IMG/VR virus record: IMGVR_UViG_3300045988_175441
Location: 1 to 64,000 of that record
Reading direction: 5' to 3' (one strand)
DNA: 64,000 bases
DNA from: a virus
The position numbers and the translations under genes were made by a program. Below, piece after piece: positions 33,158 through 42,049 of the stretch. The notes under the pieces were generated by a model. It saw nothing but the letters and a program-made list of their open reading frames with translations, did not search any database and had not been told where the DNA came from. How positions within the stretch are numbered: the stretch's first letter is position 1; the number at the start of each line of letters is the position of its first letter.

Positions 33158-35788
33158 ATGACAAAGAAACAAAACGTGAAAGTTTGTTACCACAAAGAGC
33201 GAACGAAAAAGTCAAGGTTTAGGAGCAAGTCTGCTCTAGTATTGGCTCTTTTTGTAGTAAATGCAGTCCATACGTCAGGAGTGATACCAGTTATTCGTGA
33301 TGGCGTGATTGCTTATGCTGATGTTCACTACTCTTATTCTCCTGATGATGATTGTGGAGTGAACCAAGACGTAAAAGGTAAGAGCAAAAAAAACAACAAA
33401 GATAGCTCTACCTCTAATAGTCAGTCGTCAGATTCAATAGACGATACCGTTTGGACAAGAAAAGGTACGAAAGCCTATCAAAACGCCATAGACACGATCA
33501 ACTTTTGGAAAGAGCAAGGTCTTTCAGGGGTTGAAATTGCAGGTATTATCGGAAATATTGGTGGTGCTGAGAATACAACCTTTACCCTTGACCTGTCAGA
33601 AGAAGGTGGGGGAAGTGGTGGACTATATCGGTTTAACCCTTCTAGCAAATATACTAGTTGGAGTGGCTTTGATGGTAAATGGTCTGCTCAAAACCAAGGG
33701 GAGTTTGTCCTTTACTCAGAACCTCAATCTGTACTAGCGTATATTAACAAAAAGAACACTAGTCCGTCTCAATCTGCTGAGGATTGGGCGAACCTATACG
33801 AACGACCAGACGCAGGAGCTTTGGCAAATAGCTTGCAAGCTCGTAAAGACGCTTCTGAAAAAGCCTACAAGGTCTTTGAACTAGATAAAATCGAAGGCGA
33901 TTCTAAGAAGGTATCTACTTGGGGTGGCTCAAATGTTTCCCAAGATAAAAAGGTCAAAATCTCGGCAGAAGATGGCAATAAAAAGGGAACTAAGATTGAC
34001 CTTAAAGTTGCTATTAAGTGGTTTGAAGAAAGAGAAGGCAAGGTTACTTACAGTCAGGACGCAGGTAGTAGAAAAGGTCCTCTGCAATATGACTGTTCTT
34101 CCTCAATCTACATGGCTTTAGTCGAAGGTGGAGCAGGTAAGACAGCAGGCGATTATCCAGTCTCTACAGAAACAGAACATGAGTGGCTTCTACAAAATGG
34201 CTTTACTAAAGTCTATGAAGGCAAGTGGGGAGACAAGGGAGACGTTAAAGAGGTCAAAAAAGGCGACATTATTATCTGGGGAACTAAAGGTTCTTCTGGT
34301 GGCGACTTAGGGCATACTATGATTATGTATGACAATGAGACTATTATCCATAGCTCGGCAGGTCATAACGGTATCGCTCGTGACACTTACTCTAAATACC
34401 GTGATGAAGCAACAGACCATCAGACAGTATATGTTTACCGTTACTCAGGTTCAACCAACTTTAGCGAAGATGACGTTGAGAAGGTAGAAACAAAATGTAA
34501 ACCTAAGTGTGCTTACAATGACAGTTCAGAACGTGTGAAAGGCACGAATAGCTCAACAGACAGCAGTACCTCTACTTCTGGTAGTAAAGATACAGCAACA
34601 ATGTTGAATGAGTTTGCTAAAAAACATGAGCAAGCCTATGTTGAAAGTTGGCGTGTAGGTGGGTTCTTACCTTCTGCGTCTATCATTCAAACTATGATTG
34701 AGACTAGCTTCAATGAGAGCGTACCTTCATTCGGTCAGGCTCATAACATGGGTGGAGTTAAAACCTCTAAATTAGAGGACTTCTCAGAAACCATGAAGCT
34801 CTATGGTAAGGACGCTGTTGCCTTTTCAGGAGCAGGAACTACCGTTGGAGACAATACAGGTGGTACTTATACCTACTTCAAGAGTTTTGACGCAGGGATT
34901 GTAGGTAAAGCTGAGTTCATGGCACGTCAAACGCTCTATGACGGAGCGATTAACAACACGGACGCAAAAGCAGTCTTTAAGGCTATTGCTGATGGTGGTT
35001 GGGCGACAGATTCAAGCTATCAAGTCTCACTAAATAAGATGTACGACCAGTACGGAGAACAGCTCAAATGGTTAGATGAAAAAGCTATTGCTAAATATGG
35101 TAAGACACCATTTAAAAAAGGCTCTATTGCTGAAAGTAAAGATAAGGCAGTTGGGGCTAAGATGGGCGCTCATAGAGGTACAGCAGTTTGCGACACTAAC
35201 AGCAGTTCTGGTGGTGGAGACGGTTGGCAAAAAGCAGGTGGTTCAACAAGCTATACTTTAAATCTGTGGTGGAAAAAAGATGACCTACCCCCTGAAATGC
35301 AACAATATGCTCTTGATCCAGAGAGTGTAGGATTGAAATGGCGTTCTAAAGTGGGTTGGGAAGGAGCTTCTGCTTATATTTCAAGTGGATATACCGACCA
35401 ATGTACCACTCTAGCAAGTGCTTTGTTTGGGGCATTGTGGGAGAAAGACGGAAAAGCTATGGGCGATTCTCACGGTATGACAGGTAACGGTGTTGAAATG
35501 GCTAAACAGGTTGCTTCTAAATTCGGTAAGAGTACAACCAGTACACCGACAAGTGGAGATATTGTTTCTCTACAACCTAACCACGTTGCTATTGTCAGTC
35601 ACGTTTTCGATAACGGAGATATTCTTCTAGTGGAGCAGAACGTTCCTAACTATTCAGGTAACGGAGATAGCTTCACTTGGAACTACTCTTATATCACAAA
35701 AGCTACCCAAAAAGCGAAGAACTACGAATTTTGGAATCCATCATCAGAAGGCTACAAAGTAACAAGCAAAGCTAAGTCAGTAGGCTAA
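33158..35788 (+). CDS. multi-domain peptidoglycan hydrolase of the transfer apparatus (876 aa)
   Basis: N-terminal anchor followed by four domains. (1) Lysozyme-like (GIIGNIGGAENTTF...GGSGGLYRF). (2) NlpC/P60-like (YDCSSSIYMAL...GHTMIMYD). (3) Glucosaminidase-like (PSASIIQTMIETSFNES...GGWATDSSY). (4) C-terminal CHAP-like (GYTDQCTTLAS...PNHVAIVSHV). Confidence 0.8.
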   Translation: MTKKQNVKVCYHKERTKKSRFRSKSALVLALFVVNAVHTSGVIPVIRDGVIAYADVHYSYSPDDDCGVNQDVKGKSKKNNKDSSTSNSQSSDSIDDTVWTRKGTKAYQNAIDTINFWKEQGLSGVEIAGIIGNIGGAENTTFTLDLSEEGGGSGGLYRFNPSSKYTSWSGFDGKWSAQNQGEFVLYSEPQSVLAYINKKNTSPSQSAEDWANLYERPDAGALANSLQARKDASEKAYKVFELDKIEGDSKKVSTWGGSNVSQDKKVKISAEDGNKKGTKIDLKVAIKWFEEREGKVTYSQDAGSRKGPLQYDCSSSIYMALVEGGAGKTAGDYPVSTETEHEWLLQNGFTKVYEGKWGDKGDVKEVKKGDIIIWGTKGSSGGDLGHTMIMYDNETIIHSSAGHNGIARDTYSKYRDEATDHQTVYVYRYSGSTNFSEDDVEKVETKCKPKCAYNDSSERVKGTNSSTDSSTSTSGSKDTATMLNEFAKKHEQAYVESWRVGGFLPSASIIQTMIETSFNESVPSFGQAHNMGGVKTSKLEDFSETMKLYGKDAVAFSGAGTTVGDNTGGTYTYFKSFDAGIVGKAEFMARQTLYDGAINNTDAKAVFKAIADGGWATDSSYQVSLNKMYDQYGEQLKWLDEKAIAKYGKTPFKKGSIAESKDKAVGAKMGAHRGTAVCDTNSSSGGGDGWQKAGGSTSYTLNLWWKKDDLPPEMQQYALDPESVGLKWRSKVGWEGASAYISSGYTDQCTTLASALFGALWEKDGKAMGDSHGMTGNGVEMAKQVASKFGKSTTSTPTSGDIVSLQPNHVAIVSHVFDNGDILLVEQNVPNYSGNGDSFTWNYSYITKATQKAKNYEFWNPSSEGYKVTSKAKSVG

Positions 35789-35792
35789 GAAA

Positions 35793-35819
35793 GAGAGGGT
35801 TTACCCCTCTTTTCTTTTT
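35793..35819 (+). terminator. intrinsic terminator
   Basis: AGAGGG (35794-35799) / CCCTCT (35805-35810), followed by TTTCTTTTT. Confidence 0.65.
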
Positions 35820-35827
35820 GCCCTTAT

Positions 35828-35899
35828 GTCAAAAAAATAATCAAACGACACAAAAAAATAATACAAATACTTGACAAAATAATATTTTTGTGATTTAAT
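35828..35899 (+). promoter_or_regulatory. promoter of the rightward transfer operon with operator copies
   Basis: TTGACA (35871-35876), 17-nt spacer, TGATTTAAT. Operators at 35830-35842 and 35846-35864 upstream, and 35878-35893 overlapping the spacer. Confidence 0.65.
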
Positions 35900-36089
35900 G
35901 ATGGTGTAAAGTTAAGAAAGAGTTATTAAAGAAAGAGAGAAACAGTTATGTCACTAAGAAATATTATTGATTCAACAGTTGCAGGACTTTTGGCAGTAAG
36001 TGTGAAAAATGCAGGAGACGGATATAAGAAGTCTAGCCATAAGTCTATTGTGGCGAATAAGCCGATTAAGAAAGATTGGAGTAAATGAA

Positions 36090-36398
36090 ATGAGAGAGTT
36101 ATTATCTAAAATTTGGTATTATGGAACGTTGCCTATTTGGTGGTTCTTTACCTTCATCACGTCAGACGTACTGACTAATATTTTCTGGGGTGGAGCTATC
36201 ATTGGTGGGTTCGTGTTCTTGCTAACCTATAAAACAACTTATGAATGGTTGATATTTTCGTTTATGTGTGTATGTTGTGCAGGGGGTATGTGGTTCGCAG
36301 GTGTCTTCTATGGATTCTTGGGTAAAATCATAGTACGATTGATCCGTATTGTTCAAGGTTGGATTGACGGTGTTGACTATTCAGAATATGACGTTTAA
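36090..36398 (+). CDS. small polytopic membrane protein (102 aa)
   Basis: Trimmed to MRELLSK, 9 nt after GGAG. Three hydrophobic segments. An alternative 46-aa ORF at 35948-36088 precedes it. Confidence 0.55.
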   Translation: MRELLSKIWYYGTLPIWWFFTFITSDVLTNIFWGGAIIGGFVFLLTYKTTYEWLIFSFMCVCCAGGMWFAGVFYGFLGKIIVRLIRIVQGWIDGVDYSEYDV

Positions 36399-36412
36399 TA
36401 AGTAAAAGTAAA

Positions 36413-36440
36413 AGTCGCTCATAAGAGAGTGGCTTTTTTA
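36413..36440 (+). terminator. intrinsic terminator (stem includes G-U pairs)
   Basis: AGTCGCTC / GAGTGGCT stem followed by TTTTTT. Confidence 0.5.
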
Positions 36441-36492
36441 TTGCTCTAGGCTAGAAAAATCAAGATAAATCGCAAATTTAATACACAAAATC

Positions 36493-36521
36493 ATAGTAAA
36501 GTAAAAAAACTATGGTATAAT
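36493..36521 (+). promoter_or_regulatory. extended -10 promoter (TGGTATAAT)
   Basis: -10 at 36516-36521. Confidence 0.45.
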
Positions 36522-36558
36522 TAAGTAATGATAATAAAATGTTATTGAGGAGGATATT

Positions 36559-36798
36559 TTGGAACATAAACCAAAGGTTACGATAGCTCAAAGGTGGATT
36601 TTATCAGAGTTAGAAAAGCATAAAGAAATGACCTTAAAAGAGTTGATGAAAGTAACGGAGATTAAAGAGACAACTTTGAAAGTCTATCTTAGTCGCTTGA
36701 TTCAACAGGACTTAATAGTATCTATCCGAATTAGTGGAGAAGAAACTAAATACACGGTCAAGAAAGGAAAGAAATCAGATGGGAAAAAAGAAAGTTAA
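36559..36798 (+). CDS. winged-helix (MarR/ArsR-like) small regulator (79 aa)
   Basis: TTG start after GAGGAGGATATT. MTLKELMKVTEIKETTLKVYLSRLIQQDLI is a wHTH pattern. Confidence 0.55.
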   Translation: MEHKPKVTIAQRWILSELEKHKEMTLKELMKVTEIKETTLKVYLSRLIQQDLIVSIRISGEETKYTVKKGKKSDGKKES

Positions 36799-37876
36799 AG
36801 AAAAGTACAAACAACTAAAAGCTAAAGAAAACACGATAGCTGAAATTGAAAAGGTAAGCGAGCAGGAAGAAACGAAGCATAATTTCTTATACAAGTGTCG
36901 CTCATTCTTAGGTCAGACGTTTAACTTAAAGACGAAGCGTGGCAAGATTCTTGCTTTTGGGCTGACAGCTTGGTTATCAATGGCAATAGGATTCGCTTTA
37001 TCTAACTATGTGCAGACAGGGAACACGGTAGGGGGAACAGTCGCAACTTACAAAGGGGGCTATATCCGAGGACGGAAGCTGTACGAATACTACAAGAACT
37101 CCCTAGAAGGTTCAAACCTAGTTAAGACTACGCTTTTGTACCAGACTTTCGGTGCGCTTTATGGCGATAAAATCACAGATGAAGAAATTGAAACAGCACT
37201 ACCGAACTACCGAAACGCAGGACTAAAGACTTTATTTGAAAAAGGAGACAGTACAGAGAGTATCAAAACTCTAGTACGTCAACAACTAGCCTTGCAGTAT
37301 GGATTGAAAACCAATATTGATGTAACCCAAGAAGAAATGGCTGAACGTTGGGAAACCTTCCACCCTAAAATGAAAGTCCAGATGGTATTAGTGGCAGATG
37401 AAGCGCAAGCGAATGATATTGCTACACAGTTAGGTCAGGGAGTTAAGATTGACAATTTCCTTAAAATGGATCAATCAGGACTGAACGGACAAACAGCAAC
37501 TATCAAGTCTAACACAGAGCAACTTTCTAGCGAGGAGCTAAAACAACTCCAAAGCACCAAAGAAGGGGGAGCTACAGTTATTGAAAAAGACAACGTAGCA
37601 CCAGACGGTTCAATCGTTAAAACCTACTATGTGTTTAAGGTATTAGAAAACCCTGCAAAGGGCGAAAATATGGAAAGTTGGACTGATGAACTTAAAGAGC
37701 AGATTCAGGAAGATAAAGTCCGTATTGGTTTAGGTCAGAAACAAGCGTCCGAAGAAGAAGTTGCAAAGAATACTAAGGCAGTCAAAGACGCTATCAAGTC
37801 TGTATTTAAAGAGCAGGACGTAAGAGTAACTGACGACTACATGAAAAAAGCACTTGCTGATTATCTAGGAGAGTAA
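36779..37876 (+). CDS. PrsA-like foldase / SurA-N-type chaperone, membrane anchored (365 aa)
   Basis: The N-terminal TM is followed by VATYKGGYIRGRKLYEYYKNSLEGSNLVKTTLLYQTFGALYGDKITDEEIE, which matches the PrsA N-terminal signature. The start was trimmed to the ATG after AAGGAAAG. Confidence 0.6.
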   Translation: MGKKKVKEKYKQLKAKENTIAEIEKVSEQEETKHNFLYKCRSFLGQTFNLKTKRGKILAFGLTAWLSMAIGFALSNYVQTGNTVGGTVATYKGGYIRGRKLYEYYKNSLEGSNLVKTTLLYQTFGALYGDKITDEEIETALPNYRNAGLKTLFEKGDSTESIKTLVRQQLALQYGLKTNIDVTQEEMAERWETFHPKMKVQMVLVADEAQANDIATQLGQGVKIDNFLKMDQSGLNGQTATIKSNTEQLSSEELKQLQSTKEGGATVIEKDNVAPDGSIVKTYYVFKVLENPAKGENMESWTDELKEQIQEDKVRIGLGQKQASEEEVAKNTKAVKDAIKSVFKEQDVRVTDDYMKKALADYLGE

Positions 37877-37879
37877 CGA

Positions 37880-38233
37880 ATGGGTATTTTTAAAAAAGTT
37901 AAAAAGAAAATTGACAATACGTTTGATGAAGATACATTACAGAATGACGTATCAAGTGGAGCGCTAGAAAAAGGCTCTATTCTTTGGGGATTGAGAGCTA
38001 CAGTCATTGGTACAAAGAGTGTATTGAACGAGGTTGTCGGAAGGACAGTAACGGTTGCGAACAATGAACGAGATAAGATTATCAACCAACAAGAACCTCA
38101 ACGACCTCAACCAGAAATTAAAAAGCAGGTTCAAGAGCCTGTAGCCCCTCAAAGCTCAGATATGTCAGAGTATGACGAATTTGAAGAATGGAAGAAATTT
38201 CAAGCTATGAAGCGAGGAAAGGGGAATGAATAA
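37880..38233 (+). CDS. hypothetical protein (117 aa)
   Basis: Intact ORF with RBS TAGGAGAG. Confidence 0.6.
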   Translation: MGIFKKVKKKIDNTFDEDTLQNDVSSGALEKGSILWGLRATVIGTKSVLNEVVGRTVTVANNERDKIINQQEPQRPQPEIKKQVQEPVAPQSSDMSEYDEFEEWKKFQAMKRGKGNE

Positions 38234-39114
38234 TGGCAAACGAGGTACAAGAATACCAACAAGTCCAAGAAAACGAATTTGACGTTATTGAAATCCCAAA
38301 GGGAGATTGGACTGGGGAAAGTCTAAAACATGGTTTGGTAAACTCGTATTTCTACTTTGATATTTTCAAAAACCTAACCAATGGTAAGCCTATTAAAATT
38401 TTGTGGGCTGGGTTCTCCTTGATGTTAGTCTTTGCGACAATTTTCATGGCAACTCTAGCCTTCCAATGGACTTCTACAGTCTCAGTTTTTAGTGGTATTA
38501 TTTCTGCAATCCTCGTAAGCATAACGCTTCTTTGGTTGGCATGGTTGAATATCAAGCCTTCTAGCGATACAACTTTATTGATTGATAGTATCCGTACTTT
38601 CTTTTACTTGGTAAAATCAAAACCAAGCCTGAACAACCTACGTTTTAAAGCGCAGGTCAAGGGAAATCAGATTGTTTTTGATAACGGTAAGAGCTATGGA
38701 GAGGTTTATGTGGTAGAGGGTGTAGTCAACAAGTCCATGCTTTCAAGAGACTTAGTTGCTATCTACACAGACCTTGAAAACTTACTACCCAACTTGGGAG
38801 AAGTCACAATGATCCAATCAAGCCAGATTGAACGTGTTGAGTTTACTAGTTTGAAAGAACACTATAGAGAAATCAGACAGAACCCTAACAGTACGAAGTT
38901 GCAGAAGAAGTTGGCTCAGATTAAGAACCGACGTGTAGTTGATGACTTAAAGAATGAGTTGACGCAGAAGGAAGTTGTATTCTTTGTAGCAAACAAGGAA
39001 GAAGAACTATCAAAGGGCAGACAGTTTTTGAGGTCTGCTTCTGAAAAAGGGGTTATCGCAAGCTATGCGCCTATCTCACAAAAGAACCTAGAAAGGATAT
39101 TAGATAGACTATGA
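38233..39114 (+). CDS. two-TM protein in the VirB3 position with a cytoplasmic domain (293 aa)
   Basis: A hydrophobic hairpin (ILWAGFSLMLVFATIFMATLAF...ISAILVSITLLWLAWL) lies directly upstream of, and overlaps, the VirB4-position gene. Confidence 0.45.
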   Translation: MANEVQEYQQVQENEFDVIEIPKGDWTGESLKHGLVNSYFYFDIFKNLTNGKPIKILWAGFSLMLVFATIFMATLAFQWTSTVSVFSGIISAILVSITLLWLAWLNIKPSSDTTLLIDSIRTFFYLVKSKPSLNNLRFKAQVKGNQIVFDNGKSYGEVYVVEGVVNKSMLSRDLVAIYTDLENLLPNLGEVTMIQSSQIERVEFTSLKEHYREIRQNPNSTKLQKKLAQIKNRRVVDDLKNELTQKEVVFFVANKEEELSKGRQFLRSASEKGVIASYAPISQKNLERILDRL

Positions 39115-41039
39115 AATCTATTGTTAAAGAATATGCCCTAGACTATCTAATCAATGGGCGCTATAGAAAGTATTTGTATGTGTTTGCCCCTTACGGACGA
39201 GGACTACAAATGCAGGCAGAAGATATTATCAATCTCAAAGGCTTCCCTGTTATCTCAGGCTGTACGGTAACAACATGGAATAAGCTCCAACTCCTAAAAC
39301 CAGAAGAATATCGTAAGGAAATGAAAGGTTTAGCCAATCTGGTTAAGGTCAACGACCAAGACTTGCCAGACGGTGGGCTTGCAGGAGATATTAAGTGGGC
39401 TACGAATCGTCACAGCGCCATGTATCTTGCTGAACAGTCTGACGACAAAATGTCAGGTGGCTTGTATGTTTGGGAAATCGTTGTTACAGCTCTTTCCAGA
39501 GAGAAGTTGGATCGCCAAATTGAAGTTATCCTAAACCGTTGGGGTGGGGTTGATAACTATATCAGTAAGAAATACAACCCTATCCAATACTTTGAATTGG
39601 TTGATACAGTAGGAACTAACAAGTACAAGCGAGGAATTTTATTCAATCCTCTAATCGTTACTGAGAAAGTGAACACTACTACGCTAGAGAACTATGCGAA
39701 GTTGTGTTTCTTCCAACGAACTACGCTACAAGATGAATTAGGAGAAGAATTTGGATATGATTTTCTAGCTCCTTCTCAGATTGGGGAAGATGGCAACTCT
39801 AAATATCCAAAAGTCCTAATTGACGCAAAGAACTACCTCAACAAACTAGGTATTGTAGCAATACCACGCTCATTTTCACGCTTTGATTATGTCTTTAAGG
39901 ACGTTTATCAAGATGAAGCAGAGACTATTAAGAAACCTCAGTCACTAGCGAGCGTAACAAGTCAGCAAGTGGCTAATCAATTCTTGATGGAAGGTAAGAA
40001 AGTAGTCCATATCGTCCTAAATGACTTTGACTACTTTAAATTAGAAACCCCTCATAATCGAGACACTAAGCAGTTCCAGAATACGATTATCGAGGAAACG
40101 CAGATTATTGATGGCTCACGAATTAGTATCAATCCATTACAGCCTTTTGCGAAGAACAGAACGGAAGAAAAGGAAGAAGAAATCCCTGCTTATGGTCGCT
40201 CTAAGAAGAAATTTAATACCATTATCCAAACCTTGATTTACTACCAAGGCGAAGATACAGGGATAGTTGATGAAGTCTTTGACGAGCTGATGGAAAATGA
40301 AGCGCTTTGGAACAGAGATAATGACGTGATGGTTGACCGTAGGAACTATCTGCAACAACCTGCAAGTAAATATCCTGCTTTTGACCGTGCTATCACGCGC
40401 TTTGAGACCAAAGAAGCTAACCTACGCAGGGATATGAAGATTGATGAAGCAAAAGAAGTCGCTCAGATTAAGAGACGACTAGAGAGCTTCTTGACGAATA
40501 ATAGGTCGCTGATTGGTTCTAAGACAACCCTTGAATTAGACGAAAGCAAGGTCAACTACTACATACGACTAGACAAACTTGATACTCTACAGAAAAATAT
40601 TCAGGTTATCAATCTAGTTGACTTTGTGACAGAGTTCTTAGGAGCAGGAGACCTGATGATTATTCACGGTGCAGAGGTTTTAGATGTCCGAACTTATGAG
40701 TATCTAGCTGAACAGTTTGAGCGTACCTATGATAAGAAGGTGCGAGTGCTATTGAGTTATGACGTTACGGATTCATTGAAACCAAGCACGAAGAACTCTT
40801 TAGGTTCATCTAACGTATTTACTCTTACTAAGCGCCTGTATGAAGAATTTAACACAGGGGTTGACTGGTCGTTCGTAGGTCGTATGAACAATTCAAGGAA
40901 TTACGAGCAGTTAGTAAAGGCTGAACTCCCAACAACAACAAAGGTTGATATTGAATTTGAAGGGGGAGTAGGACGTGCCTTATTCAATCGTCCTGCAACA
41001 AGATCATTTTACTTGATAGGAGTTAAACCGATATGTTAA
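39111..41039 (+). CDS. VirB4-position protein with no recognisable Walker A or B (642 aa)
   Basis: Size, operon position and some patterns (INPLQPF; LMIIHGAEVLD where VirB4 has hhhDEAW) suggest a VirB4/TrsE relative. No GxxGxGK[ST] motif is present anywhere in the ORF. Confidence 0.35.
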   Translation: MKSIVKEYALDYLINGRYRKYLYVFAPYGRGLQMQAEDIINLKGFPVISGCTVTTWNKLQLLKPEEYRKEMKGLANLVKVNDQDLPDGGLAGDIKWATNRHSAMYLAEQSDDKMSGGLYVWEIVVTALSREKLDRQIEVILNRWGGVDNYISKKYNPIQYFELVDTVGTNKYKRGILFNPLIVTEKVNTTTLENYAKLCFFQRTTLQDELGEEFGYDFLAPSQIGEDGNSKYPKVLIDAKNYLNKLGIVAIPRSFSRFDYVFKDVYQDEAETIKKPQSLASVTSQQVANQFLMEGKKVVHIVLNDFDYFKLETPHNRDTKQFQNTIIEETQIIDGSRISINPLQPFAKNRTEEKEEEIPAYGRSKKKFNTIIQTLIYYQGEDTGIVDEVFDELMENEALWNRDNDVMVDRRNYLQQPASKYPAFDRAITRFETKEANLRRDMKIDEAKEVAQIKRRLESFLTNNRSLIGSKTTLELDESKVNYYIRLDKLDTLQKNIQVINLVDFVTEFLGAGDLMIIHGAEVLDVRTYEYLAEQFERTYDKKVRVLLSYDVTDSLKPSTKNSLGSSNVFTLTKRLYEEFNTGVDWSFVGRMNNSRNYEQLVKAELPTTTKVDIEFEGGVGRALFNRPATRSFYLIGVKPIC

Positions 41040-42028
41040 ATAATAATCTTAAAAGGCTATCTCCTCATATCAGTAAAGCAATAAAAGGTGGCTTTGCCTT
41101 CCTGATGGTAGTCTTTACAACCTTCTTTATCGCTTATAGTGTTATTGAAGGGCGTAAGGCTCTAGGAAACTCACAAACACCGATAGGAGAGACGCTACAA
41201 TTTGCACGTTCAGGAGCTAATATCATAGTCAAGAACTACTACACAGACAAGAATCAAGATGTGTTGATTGCTACGCTTGAAGTAAAAGAAGGCAATAGCA
41301 AGTTACCAACTAAGGCAAGTGACTATTGGGTAGTCACTACCTCAGATATTGGTGGACGTAGCATACCTACTTACTTTGGGCGAATGAATACAGACGGAGA
41401 CTTTTATATCATTATCCCTTATCCTAAACAGCAGACCTACACGGTTGCTATCTACAACACTACTACAAGTGGTGGGGATATAAGTTCTAGTGGAGACCAA
41501 CTAACTATTGGTACAGGAACGAATAGTAAAATCGTATCAGATATTACAAGTGACCTATTGAAGAACGTAAACAATCAACAGGCTCAGAAAGTAAAAGAGA
41601 CTGATATTATCGCTTTGAACATGACCTTAAAATCTGCATTACAAGATGACGCTAAGTATAAAATCACTACCCTTGATGTAGATAGTCTATTGTCGCAAGA
41701 CGGAGACACAGTAGCCTTTGATTTTAGGAAGTTCTACACGCTTGCTTATCGTGACCTAGCTGTATCAGTCGCAAGGGATAAGGTCAACAGCTACACAGAG
41801 GAAATTAAAGCTCTCAATGATAAGTTGAAAGAGGTCAGAGAAACCCTAGACCGAAATCCGAATGATGAAGTCGCTATCAATCAACAAAACACGATCAATG
41901 ATAGTATCGCAAGCGCTCAGGATAATCTTGAAAAAGCGAACCAAAACTTAACAGAGATTAAGAAACGCTTTAACTATGACGAAAGTACCTTTAGTGACTA
42001 TACAACGAAGATGTATTCATTGAATTAA
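41033..42028 (+). CDS. N-terminally anchored exported protein with C-terminal coiled coil (331 aa), transfer-apparatus component
   Basis: One TM (GFAFLMVVFTTFFIAYSVI). Overlaps the upstream gene. Confidence 0.55.
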   Translation: MLNNNLKRLSPHISKAIKGGFAFLMVVFTTFFIAYSVIEGRKALGNSQTPIGETLQFARSGANIIVKNYYTDKNQDVLIATLEVKEGNSKLPTKASDYWVVTTSDIGGRSIPTYFGRMNTDGDFYIIIPYPKQQTYTVAIYNTTTSGGDISSSGDQLTIGTGTNSKIVSDITSDLLKNVNNQQAQKVKETDIIALNMTLKSALQDDAKYKITTLDVDSLLSQDGDTVAFDFRKFYTLAYRDLAVSVARDKVNSYTEEIKALNDKLKEVRETLDRNPNDEVAINQQNTINDSIASAQDNLEKANQNLTEIKKRFNYDESTFSDYTTKMYSLN

Positions 42029-42049
42029 AAAAGAAAGGAGAGCTTAATT

